Of a DNA stretch of 64,000 nt, positions 1 to 12,650 are shown in pieces. The notes under the pieces are model-generated. The model made no database searches, was not told the DNA's origin, and saw nothing but the letters and a program-made list of their open reading frames with translations. The DNA comes from Candidatus Giovannonibacteria bacterium. GTDB lineage: Bacteria; Patescibacteriota; Minisyncoccia; JACPKW01; UBA11713. The translations under genes were made by a program, and so were the position numbers. Within the stretch, counting starts at the first letter, position 1. Each line of letters begins with the position of its first letter. Location of the stretch: contig JAHFOJ010000001.1 in assembly GCA_023266875.1 (NCBI GenBank), forward strand, positions 12,851 to 76,850. Direction: 5' to 3'.

Positions 1-211
1 CAAGTGCGTCTTCGCTTCTGGGGCGCACAAGTTTTTTCACTCCGCCAGGTATGTTGATAGGATCAAACGGATCGTTCGGATCTTCGTCCTGATTAATACG
101 AAACTGTTTGACGAGACGCAAAAATCTCCAATCAATACAGCCCAGAAAAACACGTTTTACGATGTAATGATTTTCTGCAACAACAACTGAAAAAAGTTCT
201 TTCAATGCCAT
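1..211 (-). CDS. putative beta-class-like carbonic anhydrase (partial, runs off the window start; not in ORF track)
   Basis: Manual translation MALKELFSVVVAENHYIVKRVFLGCIDWRF...DPINIPGGVKKL has the CxDxR and PGG motifs of carbonic-anhydrase-like proteins; purine-rich SD-like AAGAGGAG upstream. Confidence 0.65.
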   Translation of the reverse strand, partial: MALKELFSVVVAENHYIVKRVFLGCIDWRFLRLVKQFRINQDEDPNDPFDPINIPGGVKKLVRPRSEDAL

Positions 212-282
212 TTTTATTTAAGCCCCTTCTCCTCTTAAAATTTGAACAATTTCGACTAATAATACGCGCTTTAAAAATCTTG

Positions 283-522
283 TCAATCAACAAGCAACTT
301 TAAATTATTTTTGTCGTCCATCTCTAAAAAACCGGAATTGATTTGTTTTTCCTCGCGCGCGCCGCTATTCTTAATAATATTTAATTTTCCTTTCTCTAAA
401 ACAGATATCAGCGGCAAATGATTATCAAGCACAGTTATCTCCCCCGCCGCAGTTTTAACATTCACACCAGCGACATCACCCGCAAATTCCACTCCTTTTA
501 GAGAATAAATGTTTAGTTTCAT
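283..522 (-). CDS. atpC: F1 ATP synthase epsilon subunit (N-terminal beta-sandwich only)
   Basis: GEITVLDNHLPLIS and SGFLE motifs; last gene of the atp operon; 79 aa. Confidence 0.9.
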   Translation of the reverse strand: MKLNIYSLKGVEFAGDVAGVNVKTAAGEITVLDNHLPLISVLEKGKLNIIKNSGAREEKQINSGFLEMDDKNNLKLLVD

Positions 523-539
523 GTTTTAAGTTCTAAGTT

Positions 540-2827
<2,288 letters not shown>

Positions 2828-2834
2828 AAGAAGT

Positions 2835-4364
2835 TTATTTGAAATTTAATTTAAAGCGGCTAATCGCGTTTTCTAATGCAATTTCAGTCTTCTCATTTAA
2901 GTCCCGAGATATTCGAATCGGCTCCAAAACATCTGTTTCATGCATTCGACCCAAATATTCAACAAATTCATTTTCAAATTTTGAAATATTGGCAGGCGGA
3001 ATGCCATCCAAATGACTAAAAATAGCAGTATATAAAATTGCCACCTGAAGTTCAAAAGGTATAGGAGCGCCGTTTTGCTGTTTTAAGATTTCGGTTAAAA
3101 GTTCGCCGCGTGAAATCTGCTTTTTCGTATTTTCATCAAGATCCGACGCAAATTGGATAAATGCTCTAAGCTCGCGGAACTGAGCGAGTTCGAGCCTGAG
3201 ACGAGACGCGACTTTTTTCATTGCCTTTGTCTGCGCAGCCGATCCAACGCGCGATACGGAAAGCCCTACATTCACCGCGGGTCGGATACCCTGATAAAAA
3301 AGATTTGACTCAAGATAAATTTGGCCATCAGTAATCGAAATAACATTTGTAGGAATATACGCCGCAACATCTCCAAGTTTTGTTTCTATGATCGGGAGCG
3401 CCGTAAGAGAACCTCCGCCTAATTTTGAAGACAGCTTTGCCGCGCGTTCAAGCAATCGCGAATGCAGATAAAAAATATCACCGGGATATGCCTCTCTTCC
3501 CGGTGGGCGGCGAAGAAGGAGTGAGAGCTGGCGATAAGCATCAGCGTGTTTTGATAGGTCATCATAAATAACTAGGGCATCGTGGCCGCTTTCCATAAAA
3601 TATTCGCCGATTGCGGCTCCTGCAAACGGCGCTAAATACTGCATTGATGCAGGCGCGGAAGCTGGGGCGGAAACAATTATTGTGTAAGACATCGCCCCCA
3701 TTTCTTCAAGATTTTTTAAAATCTTTGCGATTTTTGAATTCTTCTGGCCGATTGCGACATAAATGCAATAAACTTTTTGACCAGATTCATTTTTTTGATT
3801 TAAAATAGAATCAAGCGCTAAAGCGGTTTTCCCAGTCTGACGATCACCAATTATCAGCTCGCGTTGCCCTCGACCTATGGGGATCATTGCATCAATAGCT
3901 TTTGTCCCTGTATGCAAAGGCGCACTCACACTTTCCCGATCGATAACTGATGGCGCCAGTTTTTCAATTGTCATTTGTTTCGCGCTTTTTAAATTCTCAA
4001 AAGGCGCCCCCTTGCCATCGAGCGGATTTCCAAGCGGATCGATAACCCTGCCCAAAAGTTCCTCGGATACCGGTATTGAAAGCACTTGCCCGCTTTTTTT
4101 GACCCTGTCTCCAACCTTAACTTTATATCCATCCCCAAGAATTATTAGTCCAATCGATGATTCTTCCAAATTAAACGCGAGCGCGGGGATATTATCTTTG
4201 CCTGTCTCAATATATAAATATTCTTGAGCAAGAGCGCCCGAAAGACCAGAGCACTTAGCTATGCCGTCTCCAACTTCAGTTACTATGCCGATTTCCTCAA
4301 AACTCGCGTCGTCGCTGAATCTTTCTATTTCCCGCTTTAATTTTTCGACAATATCATGAGCCAT
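2835..4364 (-). CDS. atpA: F1 ATP synthase alpha subunit
   Basis: [28 protein letters not shown] motifs. Confidence 0.99.
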   Translation of the reverse strand: MAHDIVEKLKREIERFSDDASFEEIGIVTEVGDGIAKCSGLSGALAQEYLYIETGKDNIPALAFNLEESSIGLIILGDGYKVKVGDRVKKSGQVLSIPVSEELLGRVIDPLGNPLDGKGAPFENLKSAKQMTIEKLAPSVIDRESVSAPLHTGTKAIDAMIPIGRGQRELIIGDRQTGKTALALDSILNQKNESGQKVYCIYVAIGQKNSKIAKILKNLEEMGAMSYTIIVSAPASAPASMQYLAPFAGAAIGEYFMESGHDALVIYDDLSKHADAYRQLSLLLRRPPGREAYPGDIFYLHSRLLERAAKLSSKLGGGSLTALPIIETKLGDVAAYIPTNVISITDGQIYLESNLFYQGIRPAVNVGLSVSRVGSAAQTKAMKKVASRLRLELAQFRELRAFIQFASDLDENTKKQISRGELLTEILKQQNGAPIPFELQVAILYTAIFSHLDGIPPANISKFENEFVEYLGRMHETDVLEPIRISRDLNEKTEIALENAISRFKLNFK

Positions 4365-4736
4365 TTATGAAAATAAATTATTAAGTTTTCTTTTTAGTGA
4401 AAAATCTGCTTCCCTTTTGCCGTTTATTGTAATCCTAATTCCGGCCACCAATTCAGGAGTTGTTTTCACCACCAAAGTATCCGGCGCGGATAAATTCTTT
4501 AAAAACTTGGGGAGAGCCGATTTTCTTGCGAATTCCGCAATAATTTTCCTTCCGCCTTCACGTGCCCTAAATTCATCTTCAATCTCGGAAATTATTTTTT
4601 CGCGCCCATGCCAATCGCCATTTTTTCGGACAAGCGCGATAAAACGGCTAATTAAACTTGCTTTGTCTTTCGCTCCGACTCTCGCTTCATACACATCCAC
4701 AAACGCTACCGCATAATCTTTTGGCCTAATTTTCAT
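4365..4736 (-). CDS. atpH: ATP synthase delta subunit (short)
   Basis: Position between atpF and atpA; YA near the N-terminus; C-terminal PELVAGIRI...DFSLKRKL. Confidence 0.8.
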   Translation of the reverse strand: MKIRPKDYAVAFVDVYEARVGAKDKASLISRFIALVRKNGDWHGREKIISEIEDEFRAREGGRKIIAEFARKSALPKFLKNLSAPDTLVVKTTPELVAGIRITINGKREADFSLKRKLNNLFS

Positions 4737-5239
4737 CCGATCTCCTTTGCTACGATTCCAGCCGCCTCATTGATCAGCTTTGCATCAATTTCATCTGGAT
4801 ACGCATTTATCGCCTTAGCAAGCGCAATTTTAATAATATTCCCAGCTTCGCGCTCAAGATCTTTTAAAGCCGCTTCTTTTTCATGGGAAGCCACAATCTC
4901 TGCCTCCGCGATTATTATGTCTCCCCTTTTGTGCGCATCTAAAATTATATTTTCAGATTTTTTTTTACCTTTAATCTCTGCCAATTTTAAGAGATCCCCC
5001 GCTTCTCGTTCCGAACGCGCTATTGCTTCTTTCTTAATCACCTCAATTTCGCCCATTTTCTGCTCCGCCTCCTCGCCTAAACGCACGCCTAGCTCGATTT
5101 TTTCACGACGCTCTTCCAAAACAGCTTTTAGCGGCTTCCAAACTAAAAAAGAAATAATGCCAAGCAATATTAAAAAATTTGTTGCCTGGCTTAAAAACAA
5201 TCGCCAATCAACGCCGAGGGAAGAAAATAACGCCTCCAT
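4733..5239 (-). CDS. atpF: Fo ATP synthase subunit b
   Basis: N-terminal TM (QATNFLILL...WKPL), coiled-coil, operon position. Confidence 0.92.
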   Translation of the reverse strand: MEALFSSLGVDWRLFLSQATNFLILLGIISFLVWKPLKAVLEERREKIELGVRLGEEAEQKMGEIEVIKKEAIARSEREAGDLLKLAEIKGKKKSENIILDAHKRGDIIIAEAEIVASHEKEAALKDLEREAGNIIKIALAKAINAYPDEIDAKLINEAAGIVAKEIG

Positions 5240-5245
5240 GGCTTG

Positions 5246-6233
<988 letters not shown>

Positions 6234-6246
6234 AAAAAATTCTATG

Positions 6247-7731
6247 TCACTTATCGCCTATTTTAACAAGAAAAAGTTTGCGCAAAACTTCCGGATCTGC
6301 GCCGATTTTTTTCGATTTAGCTTCTCGCATCCCCTGCCCCACCAAAAACTGCATCGAAGCCTCTTTCCCTGATTTGAAATCTCTTACGGCCTTCTCATTC
6401 GTGGCAATCACGCCATCAACAATCATTTCGATATAATTATTATCAGTTGAAATCATATAACCTTCGCGTGCCGCTACCTCCAAAGGCTCTTCTCCGGTTC
6501 GAACCATAATCTCAAGCGTATCTTTAGCGCCGCGGGATGAAAGGCCGCCTTGCAAAATCAAGCGCATAAGATCCCCAAAATTTTCCGGGCTGACTTTCGC
6601 TCTTACATCATTGAATGGCATTGTCTTTGAAACCGCCGTCCCTCTCAAATCAGAAATAATATAATTTGCACAAAGTTCGATTATTTTTTCAGTATTAATT
6701 TTGTCATTATCAGCCTTCGCTTCCGAAACCGACTCCTCAAAATAGTTAGCCCACTGCCTATCTCTAATTAATATTTCAAGTTTTTCCCCGCTCAGCCCAA
6801 ATTCCTTGGAAAATCTGGTCCTTTTCGCGCTCGGCAATTCTGGCAATTTCGCTTTTAATATCTCAGGCTGGAAATCAGAAACTTCCGACAATCTCATTGG
6901 CGGCAAATCCGGTTCCGGAAAATAGCGGTAATCATGAGCTTCTTCCTTCGAGCGCTGTGAAACTGTCTTCTGATTTACATCATTCCATCCCCGCGTTTCC
7001 TGTTTAACTTTTTCACCACTCTCTAAAACTTCCGTTTGCCGTTTTATTTCGAAGTCAATCGCACGCTCGACCGCGCGAAATGAATTGATATTTTTCACCT
7101 CTACCTTAGTTCCCAACTTGGCGGTTTCACCGCCAAGTTGGGCAATTGAAATATTTGCCTCCACACGCATCAAGCCCAATTCCATGTCCGCATCGGAAAC
7201 ACCAAGATAACGCATTATTAGCTGCAATTCTTCGGCAAACTCGCGCGCCTCTCCAGCCGCGCGCATATCTGGCTCCGTTACAAGTTCCATCAACGGAATT
7301 CCCGCGCGGCCATAATCCACAAGCGTCACACCTTTTTCGTGTGCGTTTCTTGCCGCATCCTCTTCCAAATGCGCTCTAGTGATTCTCACTTTCAACTTCG
7401 AAAAAGGAAGTTCTAATACTCCTTCTTTGACCAACGGATATTGATATTGAGAAATTTGATATCCCTTTGGTAAATCAGGATAGAAATAATTTTTACGGTC
7501 AAATCGGGATTCATCCGCTAATTTCGCCCCAATCGCCGCGCCAAATCGCAGAACTTTATAGATTGCCTCTTTGTTCGCGACCGGCAATGTCCCGGGATGG
7601 CCGAGACAAATCGGGCAGATATTCGTATTCGGGCGTTTTTCTAAAGGATCGTTCTTGCATGAACAAAACATTTTGGTCTTTGTCTTGAGTTCAGCGTGTA
7701 TTTCTAATCCAATTGTAGGTCTATAATTCAT
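6247..7731 (-). CDS. gatB: Asp-tRNA(Asn)/Glu-tRNA(Gln) amidotransferase subunit B
   Basis: IGLEIH, RKNYFYPDLPKGYQISQ, DYRYFPEPDL motifs. Confidence 0.99.
   Translation of the reverse strand: MNYRPTIGLEIHAELKTKTKMFCSCKNDPLEKRPNTNICPICLGHPGTLPVANKEAIYKVLRFGAAIGAKLADESRFDRKNYFYPDLPKGYQISQYQYPLVKEGVLELPFSKLKVRITRAHLEEDAARNAHEKGVTLVDYGRAGIPLMELVTEPDMRAAGEAREFAEELQLIMRYLGVSDADMELGLMRVEANISIAQLGGETAKLGTKVEVKNINSFRAVERAIDFEIKRQTEVLESGEKVKQETRGWNDVNQKTVSQRSKEEAHDYRYFPEPDLPPMRLSEVSDFQPEILKAKLPELPSAKRTRFSKEFGLSGEKLEILIRDRQWANYFEESVSEAKADNDKINTEKIIELCANYIISDLRGTAVSKTMPFNDVRAKVSPENFGDLMRLILQGGLSSRGAKDTLEIMVRTGEEPLEVAAREGYMISTDNNYIEMIVDGVIATNEKAVRDFKSGKEASMQFLVGQGMREAKSKKIGADPEVLRKLFLVKIGDK
7112..7142. 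repeat. REP-like palindrome embedded in-frame in gatB
   Basis: cccaacttggcggt-ttc-accgccaagttggg: 14-bp perfect arms with a 3-nt loop. Confidence 0.75.
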
Positions 7732-7793
7732 AATTCAATTGCTCGCCCCGTACGAAACCGAAGGTTTTCGTTTGGGGTCGGTTTAAATTTCAT
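7728..7793 (-). other. 21-codon upstream mini-ORF overlapping the gatB start (ATGA)
   Basis: MKFKPTPNENLRFRTGRAIEL*; ATG lies 6 nt after TGcTAGAAT; resembles the gatB N-terminus split by a hairpin. Confidence 0.5.
7746..7777. repeat. REP-like imperfect hairpin
   Basis: ccccgtacgaaaccgaaggttttcgtttgggg. Confidence 0.6.
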
Positions 7794-7830
7794 AAATAAA
7801 TTCTAGCAATTATCTAATATTTTTTCCATA

Positions 7831-7860
7831 AAAAGGCCTTTGCGCCCGCGCGCAAAGGCC
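7831..7860 (-). terminator. intrinsic terminator after the 7893-8333 gene
   Basis: ggcctttgcgc/gcgcaaaggcc 11-bp stem followed by a U-run on the minus strand. Confidence 0.8.
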
Positions 7861-7892
7861 ATGAAGTCTGCAACGCTTATGATCGCTATCGA

Positions 7893-8333
7893 TCAAGCTG
7901 CAGTTCTATTAGACTTAGTGAGAATTTCAGGGGCGGCGACTTCTTCCCCTAAGCTTACTTGGATGCCACGAGGACACCCAGAAATCATGAGCTCCCGCAT
8001 AATCCCAGGGCGACCGTTTAGTCCAACGAGGTTAAATGTCGAGCCGCGCACTTCGATCTTTGGGATTCCCTGCTGAAACGCCACAGTAAACTTGATTTTG
8101 TGGATGATGCGCTTGGAAAGCATATCCACATGTTTTGACGCCAAGATAGCTTGCCCTTTTCGGTCAACTTGGAGTCCGAAAGCTCCCCCCTTCTGAGCAT
8201 CGACCTCCATCACCAGCCTTGCAGGCCGGTCAATCTTAAAACATCCTCGTTCGTCAGGCGACAATTCATTGCCACCAATCGTTTTAACCATGACTCTCAG
8301 CCCCGGCTGAACATTAAACTTATTTTTCTCCAT
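7893..8333 (-). CDS. hypothetical protein (146 aa; start corrected to MEKNKF)
   Basis: Strong SD AGGAGGGTG upstream of the ATG at 8333; own terminator; no recognised motif. Confidence 0.65.
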   Translation of the reverse strand: MEKNKFNVQPGLRVMVKTIGGNELSPDERGCFKIDRPARLVMEVDAQKGGAFGLQVDRKGQAILASKHVDMLSKRIIHKIKFTVAFQQGIPKIEVRGSTFNLVGLNGRPGIMRELMISGCPRGIQVSLGEEVAAPEILTKSNRTAA

Positions 8334-8426
8334 TCTCACCCCTCCTTTTGTTGTTTTTTGATTCCCGATGGAGCAATGGAACCACTGTAAAACATAATAC
8401 AATCTCAATCTTCAGTCAACTTAGAC

Positions 8427-8454
8427 TTGCGGAAAACTCAAAAATCAATATAAT
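8427..8454 (+). promoter_or_regulatory. sigma70-like promoter of efp
   Basis: TTGCGG-N16-TATAAT, 9 nt before the ATG. Confidence 0.55.
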
Positions 8455-8463
8455 TCTAGCCAT

Positions 8464-9036
8464 ATGCTTTCATACACCGATTTAACTCCCGGAACGGAAT
8501 TTATACTTGCGGGCGAGCCATACGAAGTGCTCGATTATCAGTTTGTCCGGATGCAGCAAAGAAAGCCCTCCGTGCAAACCAAGATCCGTAATTTAATTAC
8601 TGGAAAAGTTGTAGCCCACACATTCCAGCCGTCTGATTCGCTAAAAGAAGCGGAAATTGAAAAAGAAACAATTAAATTCGTCTACGAACACCGCAGAGAA
8701 TATTTTTTTCAAAAACCATCCGACCCAAAAAGCCGCTTCCAGCTTTCCGAAGAATTGATTGGAGATAAAGCAAAATATCTCAAGCCAAACATAGAAGTTG
8801 TGGCTTATAAATTTAACGAAAAAGTAATCAACGTAAAATTGCCTGTAAAAATAGATTATCTGGTTAAAGAAGCTCCGCCAGGATTTAAAGGAGACACAGC
8901 CACCGGAGGCACAAAGTCTGTTACGCTCGAAAACGGGCTCCAGATCCAAGTTCCTTTGTTTATCGGCGAGGGCGATATTGTGCGGGTAAACACAGAATCT
9001 GGGATCTACACCGAACGCGCCGAAAAAGCATCATGA
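8464..9036 (+). CDS. efp: translation elongation factor P
   Basis: PGFKGDTATGG, VPLFI, RVNT..G.Y.ER motifs; loop RMQQRKP. Confidence 0.96.
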   Translation: MLSYTDLTPGTEFILAGEPYEVLDYQFVRMQQRKPSVQTKIRNLITGKVVAHTFQPSDSLKEAEIEKETIKFVYEHRREYFFQKPSDPKSRFQLSEELIGDKAKYLKPNIEVVAYKFNEKVINVKLPVKIDYLVKEAPPGFKGDTATGGTKSVTLENGLQIQVPLFIGEGDIVRVNTESGIYTERAEKAS

Positions 9037-9099
9037 TATCCACTGTTACTTTTGCTCCCCCATTTTTGTTTAAGATATAATGGGTAAAGTTTTTTCATT

Positions 9100-9795
9100 A
9101 TGAAATTAAACCACATTGCAATAATTCCTGATGGCAACCGAAGATGGGCTAAAGCGCATAGGCTCCCCACCTTTAAAGGACACGAAAAAGGCATGGCAAA
9201 TGTTGAATATATTCTGCGCGAAGCGCGAAGAATGAATATCCCATATGTGACCGCTTGGGGCTGCTCCAGAGACAACGTTACCAAAAGAAGTATCTCTGAA
9301 ATTCGATTTCTCTATAACATCTTTGAAAAAAATTTCAATAAAATGCTGACCGATGAAGAAATCCACAAGAATAAAGTGCGGGTTCGCGTAATTGGCGAGT
9401 GGCCTAAATTTTTTCCAAGCGGGCTTAGAAAATCCATACGAGCAATTGAAGAAGCCACAAAGACTTACAATAAATTTCATCTGACCTTTTTGATGGCTTA
9501 TGATGGGAAACGCGAAATGGCGGAAGCGATTCGAAGAGCGCAAAAATCTAGCTCGTCAGTTTCTGAATCAAATCTAAAAAACTATCTCTGGACTAAAGAC
9601 CTGCCGCCAGTTGATTTAGTTATCCGCTCTGGTGAATCTGGAAATTTCGCGCACTGGTCAGCAGGATTTTTAATGTGGCATACTGCAGACTCCGAATTCT
9701 ATTTCACAAAAACGACATGGCCAGCATTTTCTGCAAAAGAATTCAGAAAAGCCATCAAGCTCTACGAAAAACGCCCTCGAAACAAAGGAAAATAG
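9100..9795 (+). CDS. uppS: polyprenyl (undecaprenyl) diphosphate synthase
   Basis: HIAIIPDGNRRWA, DLVIRSGE, FLMW, WPAF motifs. Confidence 0.95.
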   Translation: MKLNHIAIIPDGNRRWAKAHRLPTFKGHEKGMANVEYILREARRMNIPYVTAWGCSRDNVTKRSISEIRFLYNIFEKNFNKMLTDEEIHKNKVRVRVIGEWPKFFPSGLRKSIRAIEEATKTYNKFHLTFLMAYDGKREMAEAIRRAQKSSSSVSESNLKNYLWTKDLPPVDLVIRSGESGNFAHWSAGFLMWHTADSEFYFTKTTWPAFSAKEFRKAIKLYEKRPRNKGK

Positions 9796-9800
9796 AAAAA

Positions 9801-10427
9801 CTATAAACTCTTATTCAAAAAATCAATAGTCTTTTGCCAAGCGTCTTTGGCAGCTTTTTCGTTATAACTTTCTCGATCTTCATTCGCGAATGCGTGGCCA
9901 GCGTCATCATATATATCAATCTCGTTCGTCTTTTTCAAATCTTCGAGCGCTTCGCCAAATCTTTTGACTGTCTCGCGCGGAATACTTTTATCGGCTCCGC
10001 CAAAAATTCCGAGCACTGGGGCGGAAATATTTCTTAACACCTCTTTGCTATCAGAAATCCTTGAGCCGTAATAAATTATATACGCTCCGGCTTTAATTCC
10101 GCCGATCGCCGCGAGATATGCGAAACTTCCTCCCATGCAAAATCCCCATATTGCTATATTCTCCGGCCGGATCCCCTCTCGGCCAAGTTCTACAATATCA
10201 TCCCTTATGACCAACAAGGCTTCCCCATCAACTACCGCATCTTTCATAGCCCGCGCCTCATCTACGCTCTTCGCGACTTTCCCGCCATACAAATCAGCCG
10301 CAAAAACAATATACCCTTCCCGAGCAATGCGATCTGCAGTTTTCTTAATTTGATCAATTACCCCCCAAAATTCATGGATCAAAATTATTCCTTTGCCATT
10401 TGGATTTTTGGGCTTTGAAATATACAT
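9801..10427 (-). CDS. dienelactone hydrolase family protein
   Basis: HEFWG, GFCMGG nucleophile elbow, GHAF. Confidence 0.92.
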   Translation of the reverse strand: MYISKPKNPNGKGIILIHEFWGVIDQIKKTADRIAREGYIVFAADLYGGKVAKSVDEARAMKDAVVDGEALLVIRDDIVELGREGIRPENIAIWGFCMGGSFAYLAAIGGIKAGAYIIYYGSRISDSKEVLRNISAPVLGIFGGADKSIPRETVKRFGEALEDLKKTNEIDIYDDAGHAFANEDRESYNEKAAKDAWQKTIDFLNKSL

Positions 10428-10447
10428 CGTAAATTTATTCTAAGCTA

Positions 10448-11926
10448 TTAAAACGTTTCAAGTAAGCGAACAAGCAGGCGAACTGGAGCGCCTGCTGCTC
10501 CTTTCGCCAAAAATTCTCCGTCGATAGTCGTCATTCTTGGAGCGATATCCAAATGCACCCACGGAAAATCTTTTGCCCATTGCCACAAAAAAACCGCGGC
10601 AGTTGTCGCTCCCCCGTTACGATTCTTTCCTGTATTTGCCCAATCACCGAATGTGCCTTTGATTTCATCTTCATAATCTGTGGAAAGAGGCAAAGGCCAG
10701 ACCGGGTCATTTGTCTCCTCACCAATTTTTCTGAACCGCTCTTCCAGTTTTTTATCCGAAGTAAAAAGCCCTGTATAGCGCTGGCCTAGCGCAACCATAG
10801 CCGCCCCTGTGAGTGTCGCGACATCAACCACAAGCGAGGGATTATATTTTTTTGCGTAAGTGAGCGCATCTGCGAGAATAATTCTTCCTTCGGCGTCCGT
10901 ATTCAAAACTTCAATTGTTTTGCCTGACATCGTCCGCAGAAGATCTCCCGGGTGATAGCTCGAACCCGAAGGCATATTTTCAACGGCAGGGATTAGCCCG
11001 ACAATATTTTTCTTAAGACCTAATCGAGCGGCCGCGCGAATTGTGTGAATCACAGCCGAGCCTCCCGACATATCCATGTGCATTTCATAAATTGCCTGTT
11101 CCGGTTTCAAATTAAGCCCGCCAGTGTCAAAAGTAACGCCCTTCCCAATTAGCACAATCGGCTTTTTTGCTTTTAAGCCATTTAAATATTCTATTACGAT
11201 AAATCGCGGAGGCTCATCCGAACCGCGCGCTACTCCGAGTATTCCACCCATTCCGAGCGCCTTTATTTTTTCTTCGTCAAAAACTGAAACTTTAATTTTT
11301 GTTCCTTTGGCATCGCGTGAGGCATGTTCGGCCAAAACCTGCGGGGTCATATCTCCTCCGGGTGTATTCGCAAGTTCTCGGCACGCGTTTACTTCTTCCC
11401 CTATAATCGTCCCGCGCCTAAATCCTTCAGAAATATTTATGTCCAGCTTTAGGCATAAGCCCTCTATTTCGCGGATGCAAGCAAATCCTCCCTCCGGCGG
11501 AGTTTTATATTTGTTAAATTCAAAATTAGCCATAATCGCGTTTGCGGCCATGGCTTCATAGAAATCTCTTGTCTTTTTTGCGTTGCCCATCGGCGAGGAT
11601 AAAAACGCGAATTTATCAATTTTTTCTTTCTTTGCCGCCACGATTGCAATTCGAGTTCCAATCACTGCTTTTTTCAGTGAAAAATCTTGCTTCTTACCCA
11701 CGCCTACAAGAAAAACTTTCCGCCCTGTCTCAGGCATAACAAAAAGTTTGTATTCTTTTTCTTTCGGGACAATCCCTTTCTTTATCCTTCGGAAATATTC
11801 TTTCTCGATTTCGTCTAAATAGTTAAAGAGTGAATAAACTGTTATATCATCTCCTTCAAATATAAAGAAAACTAAAGAGATATTAGGTGTTTGAAGCTTT
11901 CTTATAAGGCTGAATTTAATGGTCAT
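10448..11926 (-). CDS. pepA: leucyl aminopeptidase (M17)
   Basis: GKGVTFDTGG, NTDAEGR, DVATLTGA; start placed at MTIKF. Confidence 0.96.
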   Translation of the reverse strand: MTIKFSLIRKLQTPNISLVFFIFEGDDITVYSLFNYLDEIEKEYFRRIKKGIVPKEKEYKLFVMPETGRKVFLVGVGKKQDFSLKKAVIGTRIAIVAAKKEKIDKFAFLSSPMGNAKKTRDFYEAMAANAIMANFEFNKYKTPPEGGFACIREIEGLCLKLDINISEGFRRGTIIGEEVNACRELANTPGGDMTPQVLAEHASRDAKGTKIKVSVFDEEKIKALGMGGILGVARGSDEPPRFIVIEYLNGLKAKKPIVLIGKGVTFDTGGLNLKPEQAIYEMHMDMSGGSAVIHTIRAAARLGLKKNIVGLIPAVENMPSGSSYHPGDLLRTMSGKTIEVLNTDAEGRIILADALTYAKKYNPSLVVDVATLTGAAMVALGQRYTGLFTSDKKLEERFRKIGEETNDPVWPLPLSTDYEDEIKGTFGDWANTGKNRNGGATTAAVFLWQWAKDFPWVHLDIAPRMTTIDGEFLAKGAAGAPVRLLVRLLETF

Positions 11927-11989
11927 AATGTCGAAAGATAGCAAAATATTTAGATTATTGGAAGAGGATGTATAAAAACTATAAATTCA

Positions 11990-12013
11990 CTATTTCCGCG
12001 ATCGCGGAAATAG
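11990..12013. repeat. perfect 24-bp palindrome
   Basis: ctatttccgcgatcgcggaaatag equals its own reverse complement. Confidence 0.85.
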
Positions 12014-12060
12014 AATTAAACATAAATAAACATATGATAGGCATGGGAATAATTAATTTA

Positions 12061-12117
12061 CTCCCGCACTAACTTGTTTTATATCCACTATTTTCCCCTT
12101 ACAAGTTGGCGTGGGAG
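12061..12117. repeat. imperfect inverted repeat overlapping the FKBP gene 3' end
   Basis: ctcccgcactaacttgt ... acaagttggcgtgggag, 17-nt arms. Confidence 0.6.
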
Positions 12118-12629
12118 CTTATCTTCAGTAATTCAACTTCAAAAATCAATGTAGCGTTAGGAGGGATTGCTGATCCAGCGCCCCTCGCGCCATAACCAAG
12201 CTCCGGCGGAATTGTAAGCTTACGCATCTCGCCTACTTTCATGCCCATCATACCAACTTCCCATCCCTTAATCACCTGCCCCGCGCCTAGAGTAAATTCG
12301 AAAGGCTCACCGCCGTCGCGCGATGAATCGAATTTAGTCCCATTTTCAAGCGTGCCTACATAATGGACTGTAAGCTTGTCTCCATTCTTAGACGCCACGC
12401 CTGTTCCCTCCTTCAAGGTTTTGACAGTAACACCTATAGTTTCAACTTCCGTCTTCAAATTCGGATTTGAATTCGTAACCTGTTTATTTTCAGATGGTTT
12501 ATTAGCATTTTCCATATCTTTTTCTTCGTAATATTTTGATAAATAATAAAAACCCGCTCCTGCGATCACCAAAATTAAAAGCGACCAGATAATATTAAAA
12601 TTCGTTTCTTTATTCTTATTTTGGTCCAT
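12099..12629 (-). CDS. FKBP-type peptidyl-prolyl isomerase with an N-terminal membrane anchor
   Basis: VHYVGTL..G.KFDSS, GQVIKGW, IPP..GYG, FEVELL. Confidence 0.96.
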   Translation of the reverse strand: MDQNKNKETNFNIIWSLLILVIAGAGFYYLSKYYEEKDMENANKPSENKQVTNSNPNLKTEVETIGVTVKTLKEGTGVASKNGDKLTVHYVGTLENGTKFDSSRDGGEPFEFTLGAGQVIKGWEVGMMGMKVGEMRKLTIPPELGYGARGAGSAIPPNATLIFEVELLKISSHANL

Positions 12630-12650
12630 AACAAATAGTTTAAAACAAAA

